Shown here: piece after piece, positions 1 to 18,116 of the stretch
Position numbering within the stretch: the stretch's first letter is position 1
Layout of the letters: each line of letters starts with the position of its first letter
DNA from: the human T2T-CHM13v2.0 reference genome, Homo sapiens
Reading direction: 5' to 3' (one strand)
DNA length: 64,000 bases
Assembly: GCF_009914755.1 (NCBI RefSeq)
Contig: NC_060927.1
Program-made: the position numbers and the translations under genes
Notes under the pieces: generated by a model
The model's input: the letters and a program-made list of their open reading frames with translations, nothing else
Databases searched by the model: none
Told to the model about the DNA's origin: nothing

Positions 1-490
<490 letters not shown>

Positions 491-679
491 ATGCATTAGC
501 AAAACAAGACCGATATCTAAAACTGACTTTTTAAAGTACAGAAATCCCAGAACATTTTGAGATTATTGCTGTTACACTATTTTTTAACGTTATTGCTGTT
601 GGTAAACTGGAGTGTGAAGTTGTGGCATGGTAGGGTGGAGTGTGTGTGAATGTGAAAGAGAGGGAATTTGGAAGGAGGA

Positions 680-1244
680 TATCTGTTGGTTTTGTCTGCT
701 GAGCATATATTCCCCGTTTTGGTAAAAAGCAGCCTAACGGTTTATTAAGAAACCATTACATTCTTCCTGAAAATGGTTCCAGTGCAGCTGAGCCTGTACT
801 CAGGTGCCAGAGATGGTGGCTGTCCTAAGCCTTAACCCCCCAGTCTATTTCACCCCCATCCACTGTGACTGACTCAAGAAGGGACATATGATCCATGTCA
901 GTCCAACAAAGTCACCCCATGTCTTTGCTAGGGAGCTCAGCAGGGGTGTTCTCTTTGCTCCTGGAGGTGCTAAACTGGTAGGATGTGCCCTGGGGCTGTC
1001 AAGGTCTTCCACATGGAGAGAAGCTGACCAAGAAGGAAGTCAACACAGGGATGAGTACAGTCGAGAGGTGGGGGGAAGATACCCATCCCGCTGGTAACTT
1101 TGGAGCCTCTGGATCCAGCCATGGCTGAAGCCAGGCCTACTCCTGGACTTTTAAGTTAATTGAGGAAATAAATCTCTTTTTTAGGGTTATCCAGTATGAC
1201 CTAGGTATCGGTCACTTATAATCCATAGAGTCCTGACTAAGACA
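680..1244 (+). mobile_element. Old MaLR LTR (MLT1J/K/L-like)
   Basis: GGATCCAGCCATGGCTGAAGCC..TCCTGGACTTT..AATAAA..TCCTGACTAAGACA typical of MLT1 3' ends; 5' boundary approximate. Confidence 0.6.
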
Positions 1245-3159
1245 GGGGCCAACAGAGAAGCAATTGGAACCCAGAGTTGGGTACAGGAAGAGACATCAGC
1301 TTCTCCATAGCCCAAGGATGAAGGGGAAAGGAGAAAGGAAGGTGTAATCAACTTGGAGAGCTCCCAAGTAAAGTGTTAACCCTGATCTCCTGATACAGAA
1401 ACTTCACTTTAGAGGATTAGACTTCCCTGGAAAAGTGAATCTAAGACTCTCCAAAGTATTTACTAATGAAGACAGCAGTTAGATCATTAATACCCCACAT
1501 CCTTTCTTATGTTACTCAAATGCTAACATTAAATATTCAGTAATTTCTCAATGCCTGTATTCTTACCAGACAAAAAATGATACTGTTTCCAATAAACTAG
1601 CCACTACAGAGGAAAACATTGGGATCACTGTAGATGTAATGGTAATTTCCAGAGACTCATTAGCACCTTGATGACTATTAATTTTCACATTTAATTAATA
1701 GATAGAAATGACACTTTCTTTTAATTTATGCCATTAGTCAAATGAGCTTTCTAATTAAGATTTGCAACCTATAAATTTATAAACTCTGGTGAATGACTCT
1801 AAATATGGAGAACTATGGATAGGGGTCTGCTTGGCCTGACAAGGGTTCTGCCATTACTCTCCCATTGGCTTCCAGAACTTGAACAAAGAGGGAAAATTAA
1901 TTTCATTCCCAGGCAGTTTCTAAACAAAACCTTAGTTAAATATATTCAAGTTATTCACTATCATATATCACTGTGATTCCAAATCTCATTTCTACTCCCC
2001 ATGAAATTCAGCCAAAAAACTGTACCACATAAGATAAAGCAGCAAGTTTGACACTCATTGGCGATAATGAATGATACTTGTAAAATTTTAAAAGATTTAA
2101 ATTTGGACAACTATAAAAACAAATTTGACTTCTAAAATAGATCCAAATAAAAATTTCTTGAAGAAAATGGTGTAAAAGGAGTCTGTGGTTGGTCCCAGCG
2201 AACATCACAAAGATTGTTTACTATTAAATGCTAATTAGCAAACCAATCAATAATATTTTCACAAGATCTAATTGCAGTCTTACTCTCTCCATGAAGGAAG
2301 GAGTCAAGTGCTTTAGCAAGTGGGAAGAAGAGTTTTGCCATATCAGGATTTTGCCTCTACCGAGGCTTCAATCAATTAACATATTGAAAGCATCTGTTGT
2401 GGGCTGAATCAGATGGGCAGACTAAGTACGTGCTTAGAGCACCAGCAAAGCAGGCACACCAACATTTTTGTTTTGAAATAATTTTCTATCTAATAAATAA
2501 AGGAAACAAGGAAGGAAGGAAATCAATGAAACAATCCCAGGGGAAAATCAGATTTTGTTACATTTTTCTTATACCTATCTTCAAGTTTACCATTATTACT
2601 GTGAATTGTATATAGCAGCATATCATAAGCTTTCAGTGCCTAGGAGCTGGTCTCTAATGGTTGTCATCTAACCTTGACAATGCATAAGACATTTGGGGCA
2701 TAGGATTCCAAACACAGAGAGTATTTACCTGGTTCACATTAAAATAGATTAATATAAAGTAAAATGTCACTCAGTGACCAAATAATCATATTTGAAAATG
2801 TGCATATGAGGAAAGCATTGCCAATAGGAAGGTATGGCATGTCCACTTCATAATCATGTAGAAATAATAGCCAATATGCACACTGAGATAGAACACTTAA
2901 CAAAATTTAAAAATATTTGCAGAAATACAAATCCACTTTACTGATAAGCTTCTGAGGTCTGGTGGTGAAAATTTACCTGTAATACATACTCAGAACATAT
3001 TCTCTCTTTTGTAGATTTTCTCTAGAGAACAGCACTGCATTTTGGACAGTGGTTCCAGCTCCAGAAAAGAAAGCAGCATTTTTAAAAAAAGAATAAGGAA
3101 GTTCATGAAGCCACCATCCTTGGGAGGTGCTAACATCCTTTTAAAATGGTGTAAGTGGT

Positions 3160-3370
3160 GAGAAAAATGCTCCTGACTCAAAGTCACAGGTTGTGATTTT
3201 TCATAGCTGTGTGACCTTGAGTAATTAATTTAACCTATCTGAGCCTCAGCCTCTTCATCAGTAAAATGGAAATACAATCAGACCTAATTCATAAGACTGT
3301 TATATGTTGTATGAAAAACACTCAGTATATTGCCTGGTATAAAATTCCGTTGTTAAATAGTAGCTTACAT
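3160..3370 (+). mobile_element. MIR SINE
   Basis: MIR core GCTGTGTGACCTTGAG..TAACCTATCTGAGCCTCAG..TCATCAGTAAAATGG. Confidence 0.75.
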
Positions 3371-3552
3371 TTAGTTTTCCCTAAAACAAAATACTGTTAT
3401 TTCTTAACATTGTAACGAATCACCAACCCATTTGCCTTAGGAAGGATGATACTGTAGTAAACCAAAACGACTGTCCCCATTGCCCTGCAGCTCAGACTCC
3501 CCAGGCATAGGGCTTGAGTGGTCTTGGCATTCTTCTGAACAGTGATTCTCAC

Positions 3553-3666
3553 CTCATAGTAACTCTGCACAGCGTTCATGAAGGCTTCGTCAGCCATGAT
3601 CTGGGTTTCCCCATTGAGGAAAGCCTGAAACCGGTCCTTGACTGTCTGCAGCTGCTGTTTGCTGAT
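3553..3666 (-). CDS. CADPS: Internal coding exon (probably exon 2) of calcium-dependent secretion activator 1 (CAPS1); 114 nt, 38 aa, phase 0/0
   Basis: Minus-strand translation [38 protein letters not shown] matches recalled CADPS N-terminal sequence (CADPS2 differs at several positions). Acceptor TTTCTGTTTCTTACAG|ATC (AG at 3668-3667) with a polypyrimidine tract; donor GAG|GTGAGA (GT at 3552-3551). Confidence 0.96.
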
Positions 3667-3749
3667 CTGTAAGAAACAGAAAAAGAGGGAAATGTGAGAA
3701 CTTGTCCTAGACAAGGATCATGGATACTTTATGCTGAAGATGCCAGACC

Positions 3750-4180
3750 CATTGGTGTATTGGAGCTGGCTTGTATAGGTGTGTGACAGCTGATTAGTGA
3801 ATCTGTGGAAACTTCTGTGAGCCAGTGTTAAACACAGCCATTATTTTAAAATAATATATAAATAAATTATATTAAAAACAAAGTTAATACACTTTTAATA
3901 CTTAAAATTCATTGCCTCCTAGTTATTTTACCACATTTCACTTTCATCAGTGCTTTTGAGGTTACTTACACCTATGGTATTTGCATGAGGGAAATTCTAT
4001 ATAAGGGAGTGCTACCACCCATCTCTTCCCAGCTCCACATTCAGTGTTGTCTCAGTGGCAGCTTCATGTCAGCCAAGGTGGGAATATTTAGACCATGGAA
4101 ATTGGCAAATGCTACAAAACAGTTTTTTTTTCCCCTCCTGAGAAATGGTTGTTAAACATGTAACAGCAAACACAGCACTG
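3750..4180. mobile_element. MER63-like hAT DNA transposon
   Basis: Starts CATTGGTGTATTGGAGCTGGCT, ends AACATGTAACAGCAAACACAGCACTG (degenerate TIRs of recalled MER63 consensus). Confidence 0.6.
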
Positions 4181-4479
4181 CACATGCCCCTCTGGTGGTC
4201 TGAAATACCTTGATGAATGCAGTATGACCATATGCAGGGGTTTTCAAACTTTATTGTTGTTGGTACATCCATGATCACATGACAGATGATGTTTGGGTAC
4301 AGGATATACTTCTGGGATGTGGCATAGAGAATTTGGGTACTAGGTTATGTACAATTCCTTGCCTATCAATCCCACCTTTCTTTCTTAGGAAAACATTCCT
4401 AAAAGATTCCTACTCATTCTTCCTCCTCACCCCTTATCTGGCTCTATCATGCCATCCATCAGGTATCAATGCAGGCAGC

Positions 4480-4696
4480 ACTAATTTATGAAGTCCTTCC
4501 CAGCCCCTAGGTTAGGGGCAGGTCTTCCTGCTATGTGATTCCACAGCACAGTGTTTGTTTAACTGCTTGATGATGATTAAATTTGTTACATGCGGTGTCT
4601 TTTCTTGCTATCTTATTCATCGAAGTTTTCCCAGGGCATAGCTAACTGCCTTATATGTGCCAGACACTCAGGGCTGATTACATGAATGAATGAATG
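4480..4696 (+). mobile_element. L2 3' fragment
   Basis: Ends in the L2-type (TGAA)n tail. Confidence 0.5.
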
Positions 4697-5419
4697 GAGT
4701 GTATGCAAGACATGTTATTTTCAGGTATCTTTTCATTGGTTCTAATTTATATAAAATATGTATATTAACAAGTCAGCCAAAACTTTGCTGTTTTAAAAGT
4801 TAAAAACTTTTAACTTAAAAAAGTTAAATTTTTGTGAAAAGTTAAACTTTTTGTAAAAAGTTATGCTTTATAATAGATCATGAGAAACTACCTCTGTGAA
4901 CCACTGTTCTAGTGGAAAAAGTAAGACCAGTCCAGTAGCAGTTCTGTTGGCCACTGTGTCATCTGGAAAAAGCGACTTATATTCTGCATTGACCTGAGAG
5001 TGAAGAGCCAGCCTTTCTGGATCAGGGCTGGGTTTAAATAAATTTTATCTCGTCCTTAGTTTTCTCACTTGGAAAATGGTGGTAATTCTAATTACCCATT
5101 GTCCTGGGATAGTTATAGCTATTCAATAACATAACGAGTTCTTTTAAAAAATTAAAAGTTTTTATATAAATCCAAGTGATTTTACTGTTAGAGTCAATAT
5201 AATTAGAAAATAAAGTTTAAAGCTTTAGGAGACACAAAGCCAGCATGAGTTTTGACTCAGTCAAGAAACAAAAACAAAACAGAATTTTGTTTGTGACACA
5301 GATGGAAGCTGGGTGCTTTCATTAATTTTTGTATCTTTGGAAGAAGTTGGGGAATAGTGAAGTCAAGGGTAGATTAAAAGGGGTTAGAAATTTATCAGAC
5401 TCATATTTGTTACATTCTA

Positions 5420-5718
5420 GGGCACCACTATTCAATGTTAGCCACATGTATAATTTTAAGTTTTATAGTAGCCACATTAAAAAAATAGAAACAAGTGAAA
5501 TGAATTTTGATATACTTTACTTAACCCAATATAGCCAAAATAACGTTTCAACATGTAATCAGTATTTAAATTATTAATGAGACAGTTTACGTTTAAAAAA
5601 TGCTATGCCTTTGGAATCTGGTGTAGTTTACCCGTACAACATATCTCAATTCAGAGTAACCAAACTGCAGGAGTTCAACAGCCACATGTGGCTAGTGGCT
5701 ATTGCACTGGACCAGTTC
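5420..5718. mobile_element. MER33-like hAT-Charlie element
   Basis: TAGCCACATG..TAGTAGCCACATTAAAAAA..TTAACCCAATATA..GCCACATGTGGCTAGTGGCTATTG. Confidence 0.65.
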
Positions 5719-6719
5719 AGACCTAAAGCATGGAATAAACTCACTTCTAAGTTGCTTAAGCTTTCCTGCTCTGACCCATGGAGCAGAGCACATATTGATA
5801 TGTGAAATTGAAGAGAAAATCACAGTTATTTTTTATGTGCTTGAAACCATTTGAACTGAAATATTAGGTAGCAGTTGATTTGCTCATAAAAATGATACCC
5901 GTAACATACATTTATTTTAAGCAGGCCAGCTTTAATCTAGTTCACAAATCCTAACAGTATAGGACCAACCAAGGCATCTCACAGGATTTCTTGCTCAGAA
6001 TTCCTTCTAAAACAGTGTGAATACCAGCTTTGCGTGATTTTGGGAGTGGGGTGGGATGATGGGGCAGGAGAGGAATGGAGGCCTATAGACCTCGCTTTTG
6101 TCTTAAATGATTAATTGAAATAAAATTATGCACATACCATATGAATGATCAAGATTGATTGTTGACCCAGGCCAAATCTATTATCTGTCTAACCTTTCCT
6201 TAAATAAGCATGGTGCTCATTTAGTTAAGAAATATTTATAGATCACCCACACTCTGCCCAGCCCTGCACCAGACACTACGGGTTCAGTGGTCAACACACT
6301 CAACCCCTGATCTCACCTGTTACTTCTTAGGGCTGGGCACTAAGGAATCAAAAGAAATAAGGGCTTTTCTTCAGGGATCTTATAGTCTAGGTGGAGAGGA
6401 AAAGGCAAACAAAAAAGCACATTAAATTATGATTCAGGATTTCAGAGAAGAGAAATTACAGAATATAAAACTCTCAAAGGAGAAAGGAGCTAAGGAACTT
6501 CAGGAACATTAATTTTAATCAAGTTCAGAGAACACACACCGCAAAGCCACACAAAGCATCCCTTGCTTTCCTAGTCACATTAAGCTCTCAGAAGGAGAGT
6601 TGGGGGCATGGACTTCAGCGGCAGAACTTTGCTTATGTCTGGGTTTTGCCACCTACTGGTTTACAATTCACTACTTTTCTCACCGCTAATTCAACAAGCC
6701 TAGTGTTTATTTACTCAAC

Positions 6720-6895
6720 TCACTAGCCATGTCTCCCTGGGCAAATGACTAACCTCTCTAAAGCTCAGTTTTCTCATTTGTAAAATGGGGCCAATACTGA
6801 CCTCATAGGGTTGTTGTGAGGATTAAGATAAGCAAAATACTCACTGCAGAACTTAGCACAGGATGAATGCTCAATACATCTTAGCTACTGTGATG
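6720..6895 (+). mobile_element. MIR SINE
   Basis: CTCAGTTTTCTCATTTGTAAAATGGGG..CCTCATAGGGTTGTTGTGAGGATTAA. Confidence 0.75.
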
Positions 6896-6908
6896 ATTAA
6901 TTCTCATC

Positions 6909-7226
<318 letters not shown>

Positions 7227-7429
7227 TGAGTGTTTGCACATACTATTCCCTTGAGAATGCCTGCCTCTGGGGACATTTCACATGTACACATCTTTAAATT
7301 TAGTGCATGTGCTCCCTTCCAGACTCCCCAGGTGGAGGTCGCTGTTTTCTCAGCATTTTGTTCACAGTCCTATGGGTGCATGTTTTATGTGGCGAAGTAG
7401 TTATTTATTTAAACTCAAGTGCTCAGGGG

Positions 7430-7690
7430 CAGAATCATGAGTCAGGAGTTGAGCGCACAGGCTTGGGGTCCAAGAGACACAGGTTCAAGTCCTGGTGATA
7501 CCACTCACTTCCAGGCTGCATGACCTTAGGCAACCTACTTTCCCTAAGCCTTGGTTCCTCATTAAAAAATTTGGATGATAAAACTGACTTCCCAAAGTTG
7601 CTAAAAAGATGAAAAGGAAATGGGGTAACATACCTCAAGATCTTAGCACATGGCCTGGCATAAAAGAGCCAAATGATAAACTCAATGGGC
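7430..7690 (+). mobile_element. MIR SINE
   Basis: GGTTCAAGTCCTGG..CCACTCACT..TGACCTTAGGCAA..TTAGCACATGGCCTGGCA. Confidence 0.7.
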
Positions 7691-8029
7691 TCCAAGGCTC
7701 TGCATGATGTACCCTGACTTTGACTTGCTCCACTTTGCTCTTTACTTACTCTGGTCTCCAGCACACTGGTGTCTTTTTTACTTCTCAGCTGTGCCCCGAC
7801 TTTTCTTGCCTGAGAGCCTTTGCTCTTGCTGTTCCCTTTACCAGGGATGCTCTTCTGGTTTTCCCCATGGTTGGCCCCTTAGGATTCAGCCAAGCCAGCA
7901 TCTCCTGGGAAGCTCTTCCCTGACCATTCCATCTACAGTAAAGTTCTCCCAGATAATCTCTGTCACAGTGCCCTGCAACCTGAGCATTTCCTGCACAGTC
8001 ATTATCACAGTTAGCCCTTATCTTCTCTA

Positions 8030-8720
<691 letters not shown>

Positions 8721-9939
8721 GGGCCTTCTTTATTTTAAAATTATACCTACTTTTCATTATCTATCTCTCTACAAGAATATATGTTTCACAAGTACAAGGA
8801 CCATATCTGTCTTGTTTACTGTTGTACTTCTTGTTTATAGCTATACACATATGTCTCATTTGCTGCTGTGCACACAGTGAGCTCTCAACGAATGTTTGCT
8901 GAGTGAATACATGAGCCTATTAAGGGCTTAATGTATACCAGGCACAGTGTTAGGCTCTGGCGATATAACAGTATCAAGGCACAATCTTAGCTCTCGAATT
9001 TCTCACAATTGAGTCAGAAATCGCATACTCATCTTTGACTTCTTAACACCCTTTGCCAACTGCATGAGTGAATGAAAATCTTACTTAGAAGCTTGCAAAA
9101 GCCAGTCTAAGAATCAACTGTGGGACAGAGTTTGTATCTGGTTAAAAGTTAACTGACTTATATAGGATTGAACCCAAAAGGTGACCTTGCACGAATAAAC
9201 TGAAATAATTGGCCCAGAGTAGCTGACAGTACAACTCTAAACAAACAAATGGGCTTTGATGAGCCGCTTAGAGAGAGAATCCTCCTAAAATAGAAGTCCA
9301 TCTAAAAGCATTTAATATGCATAGAAACCACTTGTACATCAAGGTCAGAATTCAGAATTGCAGTAATGAATTCCAAGCAGAAAACCTGAAAAGATGGAAG
9401 GTGATTATTGTAGAAGAAAGTGCTGCAGCAGCGTTTGCTAGAACTATTCAAGCATTCTTGGTTCCGTCTACCTCATTAACCAAGGCCTGAAAATTCCCAC
9501 TGCATTTCAGGCAGTTTGTAATTTACTGAAGCATTCTGGAGAAGTGTGAAATGTGATCTGCAGTGAGGAGAAAACGGCATGTTCTAAGTGTCGGTCTCAG
9601 GAGAGGCAATGCTGAAGTCAGAGCAAGCTCAAGTCACATGCTAGCTTTGCTATGAGACCTTGGTCAAGTAACTGGTTTTGGGTTTTTCCTCTGTAAATAG
9701 GGGAAAGCAATATCTACTTTACAGAGTCTTTGTGAAAACTAGGTGGGATAATATACGTATAATATATATATTTATAATACATGTAATAATATATAGCATA
9801 GTATCTGGCATAGAGTAAGGACTCAATAATAAAAACAATACAGGAAGTATTATTTTTTTCCCTATCATTTATCTTTTATCTTCTTTCAATGCTTTTTTTA
9901 TTTACTCAGCCTTTTGAAGGTATCACTGATGTGGTATTC

Positions 9940-10378
9940 CTTACCTCATTCTTTCTTGGCCCTTCTAGTTTAGAGGCTGGAAAGCCAATTACTCCCCTCC
10001 CAGTTTCGCTTGCTATTATGGGTGGCCATGTAACAGATGCAGAAAACTACTGGGGGCATCTTCTGGAGAAATATTCGAAATCCTCATGAAAATGAACATA
10101 CTTGGTGGTATAATCCTTTTCTTTCCTGCTGCCCCTTCTTCTGCTGAGAATACAAATCTATTGTCTATAGCCATGGTATCTATCTCATGACCATCCAGGA
10201 AAGGCTAAGAGCATCGCAGAAATGTGGTCCTTACATTTTTTGGGTGGCTGAACAAATGTTTGTAAACACCCATCTCTGGTTTTTTCATTATGTGAGAAAA
10301 AATAAATATATTTCTACTTGTTCAAGTCACTGTATGTTTTCTCTTACTGGCAGCCAGATGCATTCCTAATGGATACAC
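9940..10378 (+). mobile_element. Old MaLR LTR
   Basis: GGGTGGCCATGTAAC..ATGTGAGAAAAAATAAA..TTCAAGTCACTG..CATTCCTAATGGATACA. Confidence 0.55.
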
Positions 10379-12134
10379 TTGGTTTACAATAGTCATGGAA
10401 GAAGGCATACTTACTAGGATGCTTATTGGTTAATATGTGTCCTATTGCAACAGCAACTGTATCAGAAAGAAGGGAGAAGCAATGCTTATTGTAAAAGAAG
10501 GAACCTCAAATAGCAGCATTCTAAGCATAGGCAGCAGTGAGTAGAAAAATATCTTTGGGTGTATAGAGATGTTCCAGTTATACACATAAATTAGGTCCTT
10601 TTCTACTTAAAGTATAATGTCAGCATTGTATATTGCAATTTTTAATATAAGCCATGCTTTTTCTTTTTAAAAAAGAAATCATTATCTGGGAAAAAAGGGA
10701 CAGGTTTTTAAAGCTTTTCTTTATTATAGATAACTGGAAAAAAAGTCAACTCAACAAGTGTTTAAAATCATCAGCTAATCTAGAGAGATTAGGGCAATGT
10801 TTATTTAATTTCTTTTTTTTGAAGACTTCAAAAATTTATATTGGGCCATGAATTTTATTAATACATAAAATATGCCCTTTCTACAACCAGACTAAATATT
10901 TTCTACTCTAAAGGAAGTCCTGCTTTTAGAAAATTTAGAAATCACATCATCTTAACCAAATATTTACTTATTTACATAAAGTTCTTCTCACCTTTTATAT
11001 TATATATGTATATTTATGTAACATACTCTGAAAAAGGCATTTTAAGTGACTTTTATTTAGCTTGAAGAAAAAATCTGACAGACTTTATCACGGCAAAATA
11101 TAAATGAGTAATTCTGAAATGCAAGTTGAAGGGGGAAAAACATATTGAAGGTGGGGAGAATTACGATGAGGCTGTTATCCTAGACTTCCCTTTGGAACAT
11201 GGTTTCCCAAAATTCAACTACTCAAATAATAATTCAATTATTTAAGTAATACTCCCATGAGTATGTCCTCCCCATGTACTAACTGTACTATTTACTTTTT
11301 GTTTTTGCATTAAACTTACATCAAATCACTTTCTTCTAAGCAATAATATCCAAAACCATAAGCTTTATGTAGTTTTATGTAGTAGCTATTGTTAAATTAG
11401 ATATGTTCTATCCTCTTGCATACCTCTACCACATTTTACAAAGTGTTTCTTTAGAAAAAATGTAAAATTCTTCTATATATAACAATTCTTGCTCATTTTT
11501 AAAAAATTTAGGGTAGCAGCTGAATATAAGTTAATTACTACTTTTAAAAAATGAGGTCAATTTTAAAATTATTTAATAATAGACCAATCAGCATGCTATT
11601 CCTAAAGATCTATTTTTGGGCAGAAGAGAAAGAATAAAGACCTATAAATTGGCCACATGATACTCTAACAAAGAGTTCTATGACCTACAGGGAAATGAAC
11701 ATGGAGACATAATTTGAACATTGATTAAGATGGGATTGTCCCAACCAACAATTATCTAGCAGAAGAGGAAAAAAATAGGAAAAATGCATCTAGAAGGTGA
11801 GTTGGGGCTAAAGATTGGATTGAAGATCAAAAGAGAAGAGGAAAAGGATCAAAGGGGACGAAAAGAAGAGAAGGAGAAGGAGGTCTACTTTTCACCCTTC
11901 CGGCCACAAAGCTCTTAAAAGGTGTTCTTTAGTAGGACAAATGTTCCACCCTTGAACCCGATAACATTAAAAAAAAAGAACATTTTTCCAACTTGGAGGC
12001 ACTCAGTTAAAAAAAAAAACGTACTTTTCCAACTTGGAGGTACTCAGGCAGTACTCACATGGATTCTTCTGGCATGTGGTCAAATAAGGACTTCTAGAGC
12101 CAAAGATCTCATTAAGAGTTAGTTGGCTAGTTGC

Positions 12135-13810
<1,676 letters not shown>

Positions 13811-14052
13811 GCTGTAGTGAATCAATGAATCTGCTAGTAGTGAATCTACTACCAGCAAGGTAGTAGTCAGGAGGAGAGTGCTAGGGTATAGTCTTGGAGA
13901 ATATAGCATGAGAATATAATAGGCAGAGAACAGAACACAGTACAGGGGCTTGCATGCCAAACTGAAGAGTTGGGCTTTAATTCAAAGAATGGTGGGAAAG
14001 CATTGAAATGTTTTGCATAGGAGAGTGACATGGTTTAAGAACATGCAGAATT

Positions 14053-14467
<415 letters not shown>

Positions 14468-15194
14468 CTAGAATCTCAGTTTGCAGAGGCAGGGATAGCT
14501 GGGAAAAGAGGAAGGCCGTAGGGAGAAAAGGCGAGAGAGAGATGAGGAGGGCATTCCAGGTTGAGGGTACAAAATGGGTGAGGAAAGACAAGATGAGAAA
14601 CTGTGGGACCTTCTTGGAGGACACAGCAAGAATCTCTTTTGTCAGTTACAATCTAGACCCTGCCGACTCAAAAAACAAGGATTAGGGGCGGCTGTGTGAG
14701 TATGCACAACAGAGGAGTCCAAAAACAAAGTCACAACTATTAAAAATGAAACGACAGATTGTTCCATTTGGCTGGAGCTCAGATTAAAATACTAGCACAG
14801 CAACATATGAAATCACTAAATCACCACACACCATCTTGGGTCTTATAAGGTTTAATAGTGAACTCATCAGTAGCAATTATTTCCAGAGAAAAAGCTGAAA
14901 ATATCTGAATGCAGTCTATGTACAGGTTATATGTGACGCTAATGTAACATTCACAAACTGTGACCATGAGCTTCACTGAAATTGATTTAGATAAGAACAT
15001 TATCCTGTCAGCATGAATAGAGAGAGAAGGTACAAGTGATTGGCAGTCGCTTTTCAGGCTGCTGGGGGATGTGGAGGAATGTGGAGACCTTGGCTGGTTG
15101 TTCTAACAATCGCCATTCAGGATCCAGAATAGCAGAGAGAAAAAACAGGACAAAGAGTGAAGGTGATCTGAAATTAGGAAATATGAAAAACACA

Positions 15195-15415
15195 AGTGCA
15201 CACCCTAATGCAAACTAGGAACTTTAGTTAATAATAATGTATCTGTATTGGCTCATCAACTGTAACAAATAGAGCATGCTAATGCAAGATGTGAATGATG
15301 GGGGAAACTGTTGGAGGTAGGGGGATACGGAGTATACGGGAACTCTTCTGTATTTTCTGCTCAATTTTTTTATAAACCTAAAACTCCTCTAAAAAATAAA
15401 GTGTATTAGTTAAAG
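15195..15415 (+). mobile_element. L1MC/L1MD-like 3' end
   Basis: CCTAATGCAAACTAGGAACTTTAGTTAATAATAATG..TAATGCAAGATG..AAATAAAG. Confidence 0.6.
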
Positions 15416-16521
15416 AGACACACACATGTGCACATGGAGACCTTCTACAAAGGGATCCGAATACAGCAGCACACATGATGCAGGCCTAAGCATGCCCAGG
15501 GAAGAACAGAAAATTCTATCACTCAAGCCTGTCCTGATATTCAGAAGCAGGAAAGAGTAAAAAGCCATCAGTATTTCTGAGTTTCATCATCTCATGTCTT
15601 ACGGCAATATGAGCCGGCTGAATTGTACTGAGGTTTCAGAGACTTTTCTCCACTCACAAATGAGTTCTGGCTTATTACAATGCTATTTATCATTGGCTCG
15701 ATTCTCCCTCTGTGACTTTATATTATTGATAATTTAAAGGCATCAGTGATTTAATGACTCTTGCTCCATCTGACAGAGAAATAGCTTTGGTTCCTTTTGG
15801 AAGCAGTGGAGAGGTTGAACTTTCCTCAGGTTGAGTGACGCCACTTGTCTTATCAATGGACAAACTATATATTTCACGTATTGGTAAACACATGGGGATA
15901 CTCCATGGAATACTACTGCAATCACTTTGGAGATAGCTCCTTTTTCCCCTTATAATATTTTGTTGCAAGAAATGTCGAGATCATTGTCCCTGTGGTTAGT
16001 TAACAATTGTTCAAATTTCATTTTTTAGTAAGTCTATTTTTTAGTAACTCCGCTGATGCATTTTTAAGCTATTAATGCTATTTAAAAGCCTTTCTGCATT
16101 TTCCCTTCACTTTCTTCACTTGGCAAAATCTTATTTGTCTATTAAAATGCTACTTCAGATCACTTCTCTCTGATGGCTCCTTCCAGCCTCTGAATGATAC
16201 CTCTTTAGTCTGAACTCCCTCATCCCTGACTCTTGGTATTTATTATATGATTGATATACAGCATGAACTTTAATGTCTGTCTTGCATCAGCATTACCCAT
16301 GAAGCTTACAGAAAATATTGATGCCTATACACCCACCACAGACCCACTCACTCAGAATGGCTGGGAATAGAAACCCAGGTATGTACAAGTTTAGAAACTT
16401 CACGAGCATTTCTGACATAAGCCAAAGTTAAGAGCCATTGCAAGAAACACTTGCTGAACGAACTCAACTATGGTATATTTTTATAAAGGATGAAAGGTAT
16501 TTCCTATTCTCTTTAGTATGA

Positions 16522-17488
<967 letters not shown>

Positions 17489-17747
17489 GGAAACTAGATT
17501 TTTCAATGCAGTTTTAGAAGACTAAACTGGGAGACAGTAGATGGTACAGTGAAGCAGATTTAGGGATAACATAAGGATAAAGTTCTGTTATTTGGAACTC
17601 TTTAAAAATGAATTAGGTTGTCATTTGATGCAGTTTCTCATCATTGAGAGTATTTGCTTGTTTAGAAGGGATTCATCATTGAACTGAGGGCTAGTGGCTA
17701 CCACAGCCCCTTGTACATAGAGTTTATGGTACTTTATTTCATAGGGT

Positions 17748-17852
17748 TTTTTTTTCTTCCAGGCTGGTCTCAAACTCCTGGGCTCAGGCAATGTTTCCAC
17801 CTTGGCCTCCCAAAATGCTGGGATTACAGGCGTGAGCCACTGTGCCTGTCCT
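17748..17852 (-). mobile_element. Alu left-arm/FLAM-like fragment
   Basis: CCAGGCTGGTCTCAAACTCCTGGGCTC..GCTGGGATTACAGGCGTGAGCCAC. Confidence 0.8.
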
Positions 17853-17897
17853 CAGGGGTATTTTCCAAATAGAAAAATGATCTAAAACTTGAAAATA

Positions 17898-18116
<219 letters not shown>

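Noticed and set aside
3397-3714. 105-aa ORF as a standalone gene
   Set aside because: Only 3553-3666 is coding; the rest is read-through across canonical splice sites.
4184-4200. CTCF-like motif CCACCAGAGGGGCA (- strand)
   Set aside because: An extra G displaces the conserved C of the core; not supportable without ChIP data.
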